Positions 1 through 7,664 of a stretch of 64,000 nt of DNA are shown here, piece by piece. How positions within the stretch are numbered: position 1 is the stretch's first letter; each line of letters opens with the position of its first letter. The notes beneath the pieces are model-generated. The model was given only the letters and a program-made list of their open reading frames with translations. It was not told where the DNA came from and ran no database searches. The translations under genes were made by a program, and so were the position numbers. Source of the DNA: Candidatus Sungiibacteriota bacterium (GTDB lineage: Bacteria > Patescibacteriota > Minisyncoccia > Sungbacterales > HO2-52-23); assembly GCA_016180435.1 (NCBI GenBank), contig JACPBG010000003.1:13791-77790 (forward strand). Direction: 5' to 3'.

Positions 1-1
1 T

Positions 2-2140
2 GAGCTTCATGAAAAAAGCGGCGGCGCGAAAAATCAATATATTTTTATGCGGCATGGCCAGGCCGTGACTAATGTACGCGATATCGTGTCTACCGATCCG
101 GGCGGAAATTATTCCTTGACTCTTCGTGGCAGAACACAGGCAGAAAAAGCCGGAGAAAAACTAAAAAGCAAAAAAATTGACATCATTTTTTCATCCGATA
201 TTTTGCGCGCCAAGGAAACAGCTGAAATTGTAGCGGGCAAACTCGGTATTAAATCCATCCGGCTCGATGAGCGTCTGCGCGAGATTATTGTCGGGGAATT
301 TGAGGGGCGTTCCATCGGCGCGTACCGTGGTTTTTTTGCGGACGCGCGAGCCCGTTTTACAAAGGCTCCGCCAGGCGGCGAAACATTGCATGATGTACGG
401 CGGCGCGCAATTTCTTTTTTGTACGAATTGGAACGAAAATACGAGGGCAAAACCATTCTTATCGTAAGCCACGGCGATACGCTCTGGATGATGGGCAATA
501 CTGCGCGCGGTTTTTCGGAAGAAGAAGTTTGTGCGCTAAATTTAATGCCCGGGGATGAGGCCACACCCTTTGCGGAGCCGTATGAGGTGGCATATAAAAA
601 TCTGCCGCGGGACGAGACCGGAGATATAAATTTACATCGTCCGTATGTAGATTCGTTTCTGCTGATTTGCCCGAAATGCCGCGGCTCTATGCATCGCGTG
701 TCTGAGGTCGCGGACGTGTGGTTTGATTCTGGAGCAATGCCATACGCGAGCGTTCACTATCCGTTCACGCCCGCGCAAATTCCAAATTCCAAACTCCAAA
801 TCATAAACAAATTCCAAACCCCAAACTCCAAATTCAAAATTCCGTTTCCAGCTGATTATATAGCAGAAGCCGTGGATCAGACGCGCGGATGGTTTTATAC
901 GCTGCTTGCGGTAGCGGTGCTTTTGGGCAAAGGAACGCCATATAGGAATGTAATTTCTCTCGGCCATGTTTTGGATAAAAACGGGCAGAAAATGTCTAAG
1001 TCTAAAGGCAATGTGGTAAATCCGTGGGAAATGATTCAAAAATACGGAGCCGATGCCTTGCGCTGGTATTTTTATACTATAAATTCTCCAGGCGAGCCGA
1101 AGCGTTTTGACGAAAAGGACTTATTGCAGAAATTACGCGGATTTTTAATGACGTTTTGGAACAGTTTTGTTTTGTTTGACACATACATTGATAAAATTCC
1201 AAATTCCAAATTCCAAATTCCAAACAAATCCCAAAGAAAAAATCCAAAAATTCAAAACGTTTTGGATCAGTGGATTATTTTGAAACTGGATATGCTTACG
1301 GCATTCATCACGGAGAAGTTGGATCAGTACGATATCACAGCTGCGGCGCGCGCTATAGAGGATTTTACCGTCATTGATTTTTCGCAATGGTTCTTGCGCC
1401 GTTCGCGCCGCCGTTTTCAGCATCCGGAGTCAATGAAAGAAAAAAATGAAGCAGCAACAACCGCGGCCATAGTTTTGGAAACCCTTTGCCGGATTTCTGC
1501 GCCTTTTGTGCCGTTTCTTTCCGAGGCAATATACCAGGAACTCCGTAAAAAGGGAAAATACAAGGAAACGAGCGTGCATCTTACGGAGTGGCCCATAATA
1601 AAATCAAAAATCAAAATTCCCGCCCCCGCTAAGGCTTCGGCGGACAGGCAAAAATCAAAATTACTGAACGACATGGAGATTGTACGGGATGTTGTAGCAG
1701 AGGCATTGAAATTACGGGCGCAAGCGGGAATTAAGGTAAGACAACCATTACAAGAACTTAGAATCAAGAACTTAGAACTTAGAAATCAGTCGGGACTGCT
1801 TGAATTGATAAAAGACGAGGTGAATGTGAAAAAAATAACTTTCGGAAAAGAACTTAAACTTGATATAAAAATTACGCCGGAATTGAAAGAGGAGGGCTGG
1901 GTGCGTGAATTTATCCGCAATATTCAGGAAATGCGTCGCGATGCCGGGCGAAAACCAGGCCAAAAAATCAGTTGTCAGATTATGGGCTCGCAGAAACTTG
2001 AGCAAATCATGGAGCGCTGGACCAAATTCATTAAAAAAGAAACGAATACGACTGAATTTAAAGTCGGAGGAAAGCGCGTATTCAAAATAGAGCGGGAGGT
2101 TGAATTCGGCGAAGAAAATTTATGGATAGGAATTTCGTAA
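2..2140 (+). CDS. ileS: Isoleucyl-tRNA synthetase, C-terminal two-thirds (5'-truncated at window edge), with an N-proximal histidine-phosphatase (phosphoglycerate-mutase family) domain in the same ORF
   Basis: The frame is open from nt 2 through the annotated M47, so the gene continues upstream. Residues IFMRHGQ...SHGDTLW give the RHG and second-His signature of the histidine phosphatase fold. These are followed by the IleRS hallmarks LHRPYVD, CPKC, VWFDSG and KMSKS (KMSKSKGNVVNPWE) and an anticodon-binding region. Four in-frame repeat insertions are present. Confidence 0.85.
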   Translation, partial: ELHEKSGGAKNQYIFMRHGQAVTNVRDIVSTDPGGNYSLTLRGRTQAEKAGEKLKSKKIDIIFSSDILRAKETAEIVAGKLGIKSIRLDERLREIIVGEFEGRSIGAYRGFFADARARFTKAPPGGETLHDVRRRAISFLYELERKYEGKTILIVSHGDTLWMMGNTARGFSEEEVCALNLMPGDEATPFAEPYEVAYKNLPRDETGDINLHRPYVDSFLLICPKCRGSMHRVSEVADVWFDSGAMPYASVHYPFTPAQIPNSKLQIINKFQTPNSKFKIPFPADYIAEAVDQTRGWFYTLLAVAVLLGKGTPYRNVISLGHVLDKNGQKMSKSKGNVVNPWEMIQKYGADALRWYFYTINSPGEPKRFDEKDLLQKLRGFLMTFWNSFVLFDTYIDKIPNSKFQIPNKSQRKNPKIQNVLDQWIILKLDMLTAFITEKLDQYDITAAARAIEDFTVIDFSQWFLRRSRRRFQHPESMKEKNEAATTAAIVLETLCRISAPFVPFLSEAIYQELRKKGKYKETSVHLTEWPIIKSKIKIPAPAKASADRQKSKLLNDMEIVRDVVAEALKLRAQAGIKVRQPLQELRIKNLELRNQSGLLELIKDEVNVKKITFGKELKLDIKITPELKEEGWVREFIRNIQEMRRDAGRKPGQKISCQIMGSQKLEQIMERWTKFIKKETNTTEFKVGGKRVFKIEREVEFGEENLWIGIS
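781..846. repeat. In-frame CCAAAT/TTCCAAA-type heptad repeat run inside ileS (encodes IPNSKLQIINKFQTPNSKFKIP)
   Basis: ttccaaattccaaactccaaatcataaacaaattccaaaccccaaactccaaattcaaaattcc; the reading frame is preserved. Confidence 0.8.
1196..1262. repeat. Second in-frame TTCCAAA repeat run inside ileS (IPNSKFQIPNKSQRKNPKIQN)
   Basis: ttccaaattccaaattccaaattccaaacaaatcccaaag...; the frame is preserved. Confidence 0.8.
1752..1790. repeat. In-frame GAACTTAGAA-type repeat inside ileS (QELRIKNLELRNQ)
   Basis: agaacttagaatcaagaacttagaacttagaaatc. The same motif family recurs in tatD (15974-16003), leuS (20856-20890) and mfd (62815-62850). Confidence 0.75.
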
Positions 2141-2156
2141 TCATCGGTTAAAGCTC

Positions 2157-2411
2157 ATGATTTATTTCACGGCACACGCCAAGGACAAATTTGAAATATT
2201 GAAACGGCACGGCGTTTTCATTATCCGACGTCAGGTTCTGGATGCGGTGCTGTGCCCTGAAATTGTTGATAATTCTCGGGCTCCGTTAAAAATTGTCCAG
2301 CGTCAGTTTGACGAAACACGGGTATTGCGCGTAGTATATAGGGAGGAAAGGCGAACAAAAATAATCATCACTTTTTATCCGGGCAGAAAATCTCAATATG
2401 AAAAAAAATAA
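2157..2411 (+). CDS. DUF4258-family small protein (putative toxin of a DUF4258/DUF2283 pair)
   Basis: The 84-aa sequence MIYFTAHAKDKFEILKRHGV...LRVVYREERRTKIIITFY matches the DUF4258 pattern (H.A..R...RGI ... LRVVY ... VITVY). It overlaps its partner in the string ATGAAAAAAAATAA. Confidence 0.5.
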   Translation: MIYFTAHAKDKFEILKRHGVFIIRRQVLDAVLCPEIVDNSRAPLKIVQRQFDETRVLRVVYREERRTKIIITFYPGRKSQYEKK

Positions 2412-2418
2412 TATAAAA

Positions 2419-2628
2419 ATGAGTTATGAGCCGGAAGCTGATGTTTTGCGGATAGAGGCGCAAAAAGGGCCCATTTGGTATGCCAGCGAAGTCGGAAATG
2501 TCATTGTGCACTTTAATCGGAAAGGTAATCCGATGTATTTCGAAATTCTCGACGCAACAAAATTCCTCAAAAAAGCATCGACTCTTCTTCATTTTCCTGT
2601 GTCGCGAATTGGCGCGATGGCACAATGA
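2419..2628 (+). CDS. DUF2283-family small protein (putative antitoxin partner)
   Basis: MSYEPEADVLRIE... matches the DUF2283 N-terminus (MKISYDPEADALYI). It lies immediately downstream of the DUF4258 gene. The start could alternatively be 2398. Confidence 0.5.
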   Translation: MSYEPEADVLRIEAQKGPIWYASEVGNVIVHFNRKGNPMYFEILDATKFLKKASTLLHFPVSRIGAMAQ

Positions 2629-2639
2629 GTTATCTCTAT

Positions 2640-2735
2640 ATGGGACCGGTAGATCGCACATGCCAAAATTGTAAAAACGAGTTCACTATCGAACCCGATG
2701 ATTTTGAGTTTTATTTACCCTCCCAAGTTTTGTAA
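2640..2735 (+). CDS. Small ORF or remnant (31 aa, MGPVDRTCQNCKNEFTIEPDDFEFYLPSQVL) duplicating the zinc-ribbon N-terminus of the downstream Cys-rich gene
   Basis: CQNCK.EF.IEP.DFEFY matches the C-terminal ribbon motif of the 2843..4585 gene. It is followed by a perfect 9-bp-stem hairpin ccctcccaa...ttgggaggg (2718-2752). Confidence 0.3.
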   Translation: MGPVDRTCQNCKNEFTIEPDDFEFYLPSQVL

Positions 2736-2842
2736 TGCAAAATTTGGGAGGGCGAGCGAAAAAACATGACACGCCAATGCCAAAATTGTAAACAGAGTGC
2801 CGTATTCATGTCCCGCCGCCGACCTGGTGCCCGGAGTGCAGA

Positions 2843-4585
2843 TTGGTTCGTAGAATTCTCTGGCGAAATGAAAAAACGCTCTATAAGCGGAGTTGTGACG
2901 TTCCGGGACATACGGAGCAATTACTTTCTACGTATTCGGCTGAAAAGCCGTTTAACGTTTATGACCAAAAGTATTGGTGGTCAGATGTATGGGATCCTCT
3001 GCAATTCGGGAGGAAATATGATTTTACACAGCCATTTTTTGAACAATTCCGGCAACTCATTCGGGCGGTTCCGCATCCTATACTTTTGACCGAGTATACT
3101 ACCTGTATAAATAGCGATTATTCCAATTGGGCCGGGGAGCTTAAAAATTGTTATTTAATCTCCGATGCGGATGTGGTGCAGGATTCCGCATACGGATCAG
3201 GAGTGTTTAACTGTAAAGATTGTTTTGATAACGGGAATATCTCGGAATCCGAACTATCGGCGCATAATTTCAATGTGCGTAAGTGCTACCGTACTGTTTT
3301 TTCGGTAGATTGTTCGTCATGTACGGAGGTATGGCTATCTAAAAATTGTATCGGATGCACAAATTGCTTTGGTTGCGTTAATTTAAGAAATAAATCTTAC
3401 CACATTTTTAATGTCCCCTACGATAGAGATAACTATTTTAAAAAATTGGAAGAATTCCGGCTCGGATCATTTGAAAATTTTGAAAAACTGCGGTTTGAAG
3501 CGGAGAAATTTTGGAATGCGCAGCCACAGAAATATATGCGAGGATTTTCTAATACGCGAACCTCGGGTGATTATATCTATCACTCCAAAAATGTTCAGCA
3601 CGGTTTTTTAATTACCGGCGTGGAAGATAGTAAATTTGTAGTTCTTACTCATGTTCCTTCTACGAAAGATTGCTATGACTATACGGATTGGGGATATGGA
3701 GCGGAGCGGCTATATGAATGTATGACGGTGGGGCTAAAGGCGAGTGATATAAAATTTAGTCACATTGTTTTCAGAAATGTGATGGATGTACAATACAGTT
3801 TTTGGTGCGGATCCGGATCATCAAACCTTTTTGGCTGCATCGGCCTCCGCTCCAAATCCTACTGCATCCTAAACAAGCAATACACCAAAGAAGAATACGA
3901 AACACTCGTCCCCAAGATCATTAAACACATGAACTCCATGCCTTATATAGATAAGAAAGGAAGAGTATATAAATATGGTGAATTCTTCCCTCCAGAGCTC
4001 TCTCCCTTCGCATATAACGAAACCATAGCCCAGGAATACTTTCCTTTAACCAAGGAACAAGCCATAGAGCAGGGATATGCCTGGAAAGACCCCGAGGAAC
4101 GAAATTACAAAATCCAAATTCCAAATGATAAACTACCGGATCACATTAAAGACGTTCCCGACGATATCGTGGGGCAGGTGATAGAGTGCGGCCATGCCAT
4201 ACAAGAATCAAGAAGCATGAATCATGAATCAAGAGTAATCTGTAACGAACAATGTACCGAAGCCTTTAAGATCATCAAACCCGAACTGGAGTTCTACCGT
4301 AAAATGAACCTGCCCCTGCCCCGTTTATGCCCCAATTGCCGGCATTACCAGAGAATCAAGCAAAGAAACCCCCTCCGCCTCTGGCACCGCCAATGCATGT
4401 GCCAAGGCGCAAAATCCCAAATCTCAAATTCCAAATCCCAAACAAATTCCAATTTCCAATATAAAAACACTGCCGCTCATTCCCACGGACCAAGTCCCTG
4501 CCCCAATGAGTTTGAGACATCTTACGCTCCGGAGAGACCGGAGATAGTTTATTGCGAGGCCTGTTACAATACGGAGATTATTTAG
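2843..4585 (+). CDS. Cysteine-rich repeat protein with zinc-ribbon motifs (C..C..RNKSY-type repeats, C-terminal CxxC...LPLPRLCPNCR ribbon). The N-terminus appears disrupted (frameshift or deletion near 2796-2806).
   Basis: The long ORF has repeated units (CSSCTEVWLSKNCIGCTNCFGCVNLRNKSYHIFN and CGSGSSNLFGCIGLRSKSYCILN) and a C-terminal ribbon ELEFYRKMNLPLPRLCPNCR. An ATG at 2766 encodes MTRQCQNCKQ in another frame, and VPPPTWCPECR continues in the 2843 frame. The ORF in the 2843 frame has no ATG and uses a TTG start. Confidence 0.55.
   Translation: MVRRILWRNEKTLYKRSCDVPGHTEQLLSTYSAEKPFNVYDQKYWWSDVWDPLQFGRKYDFTQPFFEQFRQLIRAVPHPILLTEYTTCINSDYSNWAGELKNCYLISDADVVQDSAYGSGVFNCKDCFDNGNISESELSAHNFNVRKCYRTVFSVDCSSCTEVWLSKNCIGCTNCFGCVNLRNKSYHIFNVPYDRDNYFKKLEEFRLGSFENFEKLRFEAEKFWNAQPQKYMRGFSNTRTSGDYIYHSKNVQHGFLITGVEDSKFVVLTHVPSTKDCYDYTDWGYGAERLYECMTVGLKASDIKFSHIVFRNVMDVQYSFWCGSGSSNLFGCIGLRSKSYCILNKQYTKEEYETLVPKIIKHMNSMPYIDKKGRVYKYGEFFPPELSPFAYNETIAQEYFPLTKEQAIEQGYAWKDPEERNYKIQIPNDKLPDHIKDVPDDIVGQVIECGHAIQESRSMNHESRVICNEQCTEAFKIIKPELEFYRKMNLPLPRLCPNCRHYQRIKQRNPLRLWHRQCMCQGAKSQISNSKSQTNSNFQYKNTAAHSHGPSPCPNEFETSYAPERPEIVYCEACYNTEII
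4411..4460. repeat. In-frame TCCCAAA/TTCCAAA repeat run in the Cys-rich protein gene (KSQISNSKSQTNSNFQYKN)
   Basis: aaaatcccaaatctcaaattccaaatcccaaacaaattccaatttccaat. Confidence 0.75.
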
Positions 4586-4623
4586 ATAAAGACAGGCCGA
4601 TGTCTCGCCGAAGCTTTAGCGAA

Positions 4624-4662
4624 GGCGGACGAAAGTTGCTACAATTCTGAAGTTGTATAATG
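4624..4662 (+). promoter_or_regulatory. Promoter-like element, copy a (GGCGGACGAAAG-TTGCTACAAT-N-TGTATAAT)
   Basis: ttgcta ... tgtataat reads as a -35 plus an extended -10. It is duplicated about 150 bp downstream. Confidence 0.3.
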
Positions 4663-4777
4663 AAAGCATGCGGAGTCCCGCTTCAATTCAAGAATTGATT
4701 TTGTATATAGACGTAGTAAGCCGAAGGCGTTGCCGCGCGATGATCATAATTTTACTGCTGACTTCGCATGGAATTGA

Positions 4778-4818
4778 GGCGGGACGAAAGTTGCTACAAT
4801 GCAGAAGTGGTATAATAG
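4778..4818 (+). promoter_or_regulatory. Promoter-like element, copy b, upstream of recO
   Basis: ggcgggacgaaagttgctacaatgcagaagtggtataatag, about 50 nt upstream of the 4869 start. Confidence 0.35.
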
Positions 4819-4868
4819 TTTCTTATCTTCTCTAATTCGCGTGAATTAGAGAATAGCAGAATACGTAT

Positions 4869-5357
4869 ATGTTTATATATAGTACGCAAGGAATAATTCT
4901 TTCTCGTTCGACCGCCGGAGAGGCGGATGCGATTTTTTCAATCTATACTAAGGACTTTGGAAAAATTTTGGCACGCGCGCAAGGAATTAAAAAAGAAGAA
5001 GCAAAATTAAAAGGTCATCTGGAGACATTGCATTTAAGTTCAACCCAGTTTGTTTTGGGGAAAAATGGCGCACGGCTCATCGGCGCCTCATTATTGAATT
5101 CGTGGCCCATAATTCGATCCGATTTTGATAAGTCCATGGCCGCTCTGCGTATTACAGAAACGTTTGATCGCCACTGTTTTCCGAATGACCGTGACGAATC
5201 GTTATGGAACGTATTGCTTGAAAGTTTGACCCTGCTTGAGCGCAGCGAATTTTTTGCTGGTGATTTCCAAAAATTTCTACGTTCTTTCGAGGAAAAGTTT
5301 TCGGTCACGCTCGGTTATGGGGATACAAAAAGTGCGGTAAGTTATGGTATACTATAA
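4869..5357 (+). CDS. recO: DNA repair protein RecO (short form)
   Basis: N-terminus QGIILSRSTAGEADAIFSIYTKDFGKILARAQGIKK matches the RecO OB-fold N-terminus (GIVL...GEaD.il.lfT...Gki...AkGarr). Confidence 0.6.
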   Translation: MFIYSTQGIILSRSTAGEADAIFSIYTKDFGKILARAQGIKKEEAKLKGHLETLHLSSTQFVLGKNGARLIGASLLNSWPIIRSDFDKSMAALRITETFDRHCFPNDRDESLWNVLLESLTLLERSEFFAGDFQKFLRSFEEKFSVTLGYGDTKSAVSYGIL

Positions 5358-5359
5358 TT

Positions 5360-7276
5360 ATGTCAAAATTAGAGAATCTTGAAGAAGAACTTTATGGTAA
5401 AGAAGCCGAGGGAAAATTAGCCAAGCGCATGCGCCATAAAGAGGAACTTCCTTTGCCGCATCGCTCCGATCAGACCTCGTGGCAGGAATACGAATCGCCG
5501 CCTCCACCCCAAAATACAAAGCGGCCGCGATTTTTTATTTTTGACTATCGGGCTCTGATTTTGCTTCTGGGGGGATTGGTATTCCTGGCGGTTTTTGCCG
5601 GGGCTATTTTTGTGTATTTTTATTTTCAGACCCAGGGTAAGGAAGCGGAGATTGCAATTTTTTCGCGCGATACCGCAGAATCCGGGGAGAGGGTAACATT
5701 CTCGGTGGTGGTGAAGAATGTTTCGCGATATTCTCTTGAGGACGGGGAGGTGGTGCTAGTTCTTCCTTCCGGCTCGATTCTTATTGAAGAGGGCGAGGAG
5801 CGTTCTGCTCCGTCGCGGCTTGTCAAAAAAATATCTCCGGTCCAGCCGCGTGGCGAAGAAACAATTGAAGTTGCGGCGCGTATTTTTGGGTCGGAGTTTG
5901 AAGAGCGCAAGATTGACGCGTCTTTTCATTATCGGCCGGAGAATCTCCGCGCGCGATTTACCGCGCGCGCCTCCAAGGCGTTTACCATAAACCGTGTACC
6001 CATTGCAATTTCTTGGGAAGTTCCGGAATTGGTTACGCAGAATCAGGAAATGGAACTTCGGGTAGATTATATATCAAACGCGCGCGCGCCTTTTGATGAT
6101 TTATCGTTTCGTATCGAGTATCCGCCCGGGTTTAAATTTATTTCCGCCGATCCCAAGCCGGGTTCCGGAGAGACGATTTGGAGAATCGGCACCCTGGACC
6201 CCGGCGGCGGAGGGAGTATACGCATACGCGGGATTATAACCGGACAGGAAGGCGAGACCAAAGCATTCCGGGGGAGTATCGGATTATATAACTCGGCAAC
6301 CCGTGACTGGAAACCATATGTGGATGCCAGCCAGGATTTGAAGTTTTCAACCGATCCTTTATCGGTCAGGATTTCGCTCGGGCGCGATGTCGAAAATATA
6401 ATTGTACCCGGGGCTCATCCCACATTTTTCGTGTATTATCGGAACAATACGCCGGTTATTTTGCGGAATGTATCCATATTGGTATCTATTGAGGGGGGTA
6501 TAATTTTAAAAGATACGATTTTTGTCAGCCGCGGCGGAGTATTTGATGGAGCGAGGCAGGCAATCATTTGGGGGCCGGGGAATATTCCGGAGCTTCGCGA
6601 AGTTTCGCCGGGCAAAGAGGGAGAATTCTCTTTTTCCGTTCAGACGCGGGCACAGCCCGTGATGCGAAGCGCCACGGATAAGAATCTTTTGGTGAAAGTA
6701 AAGTCACTGGCGCGTCCCGGCGATATCCCGCCGGAACTTGCGGGAACCGATTTGGAGTCGGAACATTCGGTTGAATTTAAGGTATCGTCCAAAGTCATAT
6801 TTTCGGGGAAAAGCGTTTATCGCACCTCCCCTATTAAAAATTTAGGACCCCTGCCGCCTAAAGTCGGCGCAGAAACAACCTATGTAATCGTGTGGGAAGT
6901 TAAGAATTTCACTAATGATTTAAAAAATACCGAAATTAGAGCCACTCTTCCACCGAATATAAAATGGGGGGGAGCAGTTTTCCCGTCCGATGCCAAAATT
7001 ACGTTTAGTGAATCATCGTCCGAGGTGCGGTGGAATATAGAAAATGTTCCGGCCGGTACCGGTGTTATTTCAAAGTCAATGGTGGCCGCGTTTCAGGTCG
7101 TCGTAACGCCTTCGCAGATAGATGCGGGGCGGGCGATTCCTCTGGTTAATGAAGCGCGTTTGACGGCACTTGATAGTTTTACGGGAAGCGGGATGGATGA
7201 GAAAATTGATCCCTTGACTACGGAGACAAGGCAGGATACGTTGACGAATCCTAAAGAATGGCAGGTGGTTCGGTGA
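5360..7276 (+). CDS. Membrane-anchored surface protein with about four DUF11/CARDB-like beta-sandwich repeats
   Basis: Pro-rich N-terminus, a single TM segment (ALILLLGGLVFLAVFAGAIFVYFYF), and repeated GE..tf.v.v.N.s...l.d..v...LP.g motifs. Confidence 0.55.
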   Translation: MSKLENLEEELYGKEAEGKLAKRMRHKEELPLPHRSDQTSWQEYESPPPPQNTKRPRFFIFDYRALILLLGGLVFLAVFAGAIFVYFYFQTQGKEAEIAIFSRDTAESGERVTFSVVVKNVSRYSLEDGEVVLVLPSGSILIEEGEERSAPSRLVKKISPVQPRGEETIEVAARIFGSEFEERKIDASFHYRPENLRARFTARASKAFTINRVPIAISWEVPELVTQNQEMELRVDYISNARAPFDDLSFRIEYPPGFKFISADPKPGSGETIWRIGTLDPGGGGSIRIRGIITGQEGETKAFRGSIGLYNSATRDWKPYVDASQDLKFSTDPLSVRISLGRDVENIIVPGAHPTFFVYYRNNTPVILRNVSILVSIEGGIILKDTIFVSRGGVFDGARQAIIWGPGNIPELREVSPGKEGEFSFSVQTRAQPVMRSATDKNLLVKVKSLARPGDIPPELAGTDLESEHSVEFKVSSKVIFSGKSVYRTSPIKNLGPLPPKVGAETTYVIVWEVKNFTNDLKNTEIRATLPPNIKWGGAVFPSDAKITFSESSSEVRWNIENVPAGTGVISKSMVAAFQVVVTPSQIDAGRAIPLVNEARLTALDSFTGSGMDEKIDPLTTETRQDTLTNPKEWQVVR

Positions 7277-7285
7277 TGCGGTCTT

Positions 7286-7482
7286 GCAATGTTATTTTGA
7301 AACACGGGCGGGCATCCAGCGATGCCCGCCCTAAGCATCCGGCGCGGCGCCGAGCGCTAAATTCTGAAATAGTATTCTTCGAGCTTGTCGAGAAGTCACC
7401 TTATTAAATGTATTTGTGTATTCGATTATTTAGCGCTCGGACCATGCCGCCGCGCCTTCTGATTGTTTTAAAATAACATTGC
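7286..7482. repeat. Palindromic MITE-like structured element, copy 1 (about 197 bp; terminal inverted repeats GCAATGTTATTTTGAAAC / GTTTTAAAATAACATTGC)
   Basis: Outer TIRs; an internal hairpin gggcgggcatccagcgatgcccgccc; a long internal inverted repeat gcatccggcgcggcgccgagcgctaaat / atttagcgctcggaccatgccgccgcgcc. It starts 10 nt after the stop of the upstream gene. Confidence 0.8.
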
Positions 7483-7556
7483 GATACCGCATCGTTCACT
7501 TTTAGAATTTTCTTGATGTAGCGCTATGTGCCGTCGTCACAATAAATTTCTTTATA

Positions 7557-7586
7557 TAAGCCATTTTTACGGCTTGATTTTTTATC
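7557..7586 (+). terminator. Rho-independent terminator-like hairpin (aagccatttttacggctt + T-run)
   Basis: Stem aagcc/ggctt followed by gatttttta, downstream of MITE copy 1. Confidence 0.45.
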
Positions 7587-7664
7587 TTTCCGATGTATAA
7601 TTAGAATATTATAGAGATTCGTGATTCGTAAATATTCGCCATAAATCCGTGAAAATTTGTTTCC

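Noticed and set aside
109-564. Antisense or alternative-frame ORFs nested inside large conserved genes (for example 109..564-, 632..1039-, 8355..9074-, 17603..18097-, 37763..38293-, 48533..48979+, 59595..59996-, 62054..62518+)
   Set aside because: Each lies within, and opposite or out of frame to, a gene with clear family motifs. None has an RBS or recognisable domains. They are typical shadow ORFs.
47-2140. Taking M47 as the true start of the ileS-phosphatase ORF
   Set aside because: The frame is open to nt 2, and M47 falls in the beta-1 strand preceding the RHG motif (…NQYIFMRHGQ), so the ORF almost certainly continues upstream of the window.
4653-4835. 60-aa ORF inside the duplicated promoter region upstream of recO
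   Set aside because: It spans the two promoter-like repeats, has no RBS, and the predicted product (MYNESMRSPASIQ…) is low-complexity. Treated as non-coding.
7490-7664. T-box leader upstream of glyQS (and likewise upstream of leuS and metG)
   Set aside because: There is no T-box consensus (AATTAGGGTGGNACCGCG) and no specifier/antiterminator architecture. The leaders are short and contain only a terminator of the upstream unit and AT-rich promoter-like sequence.
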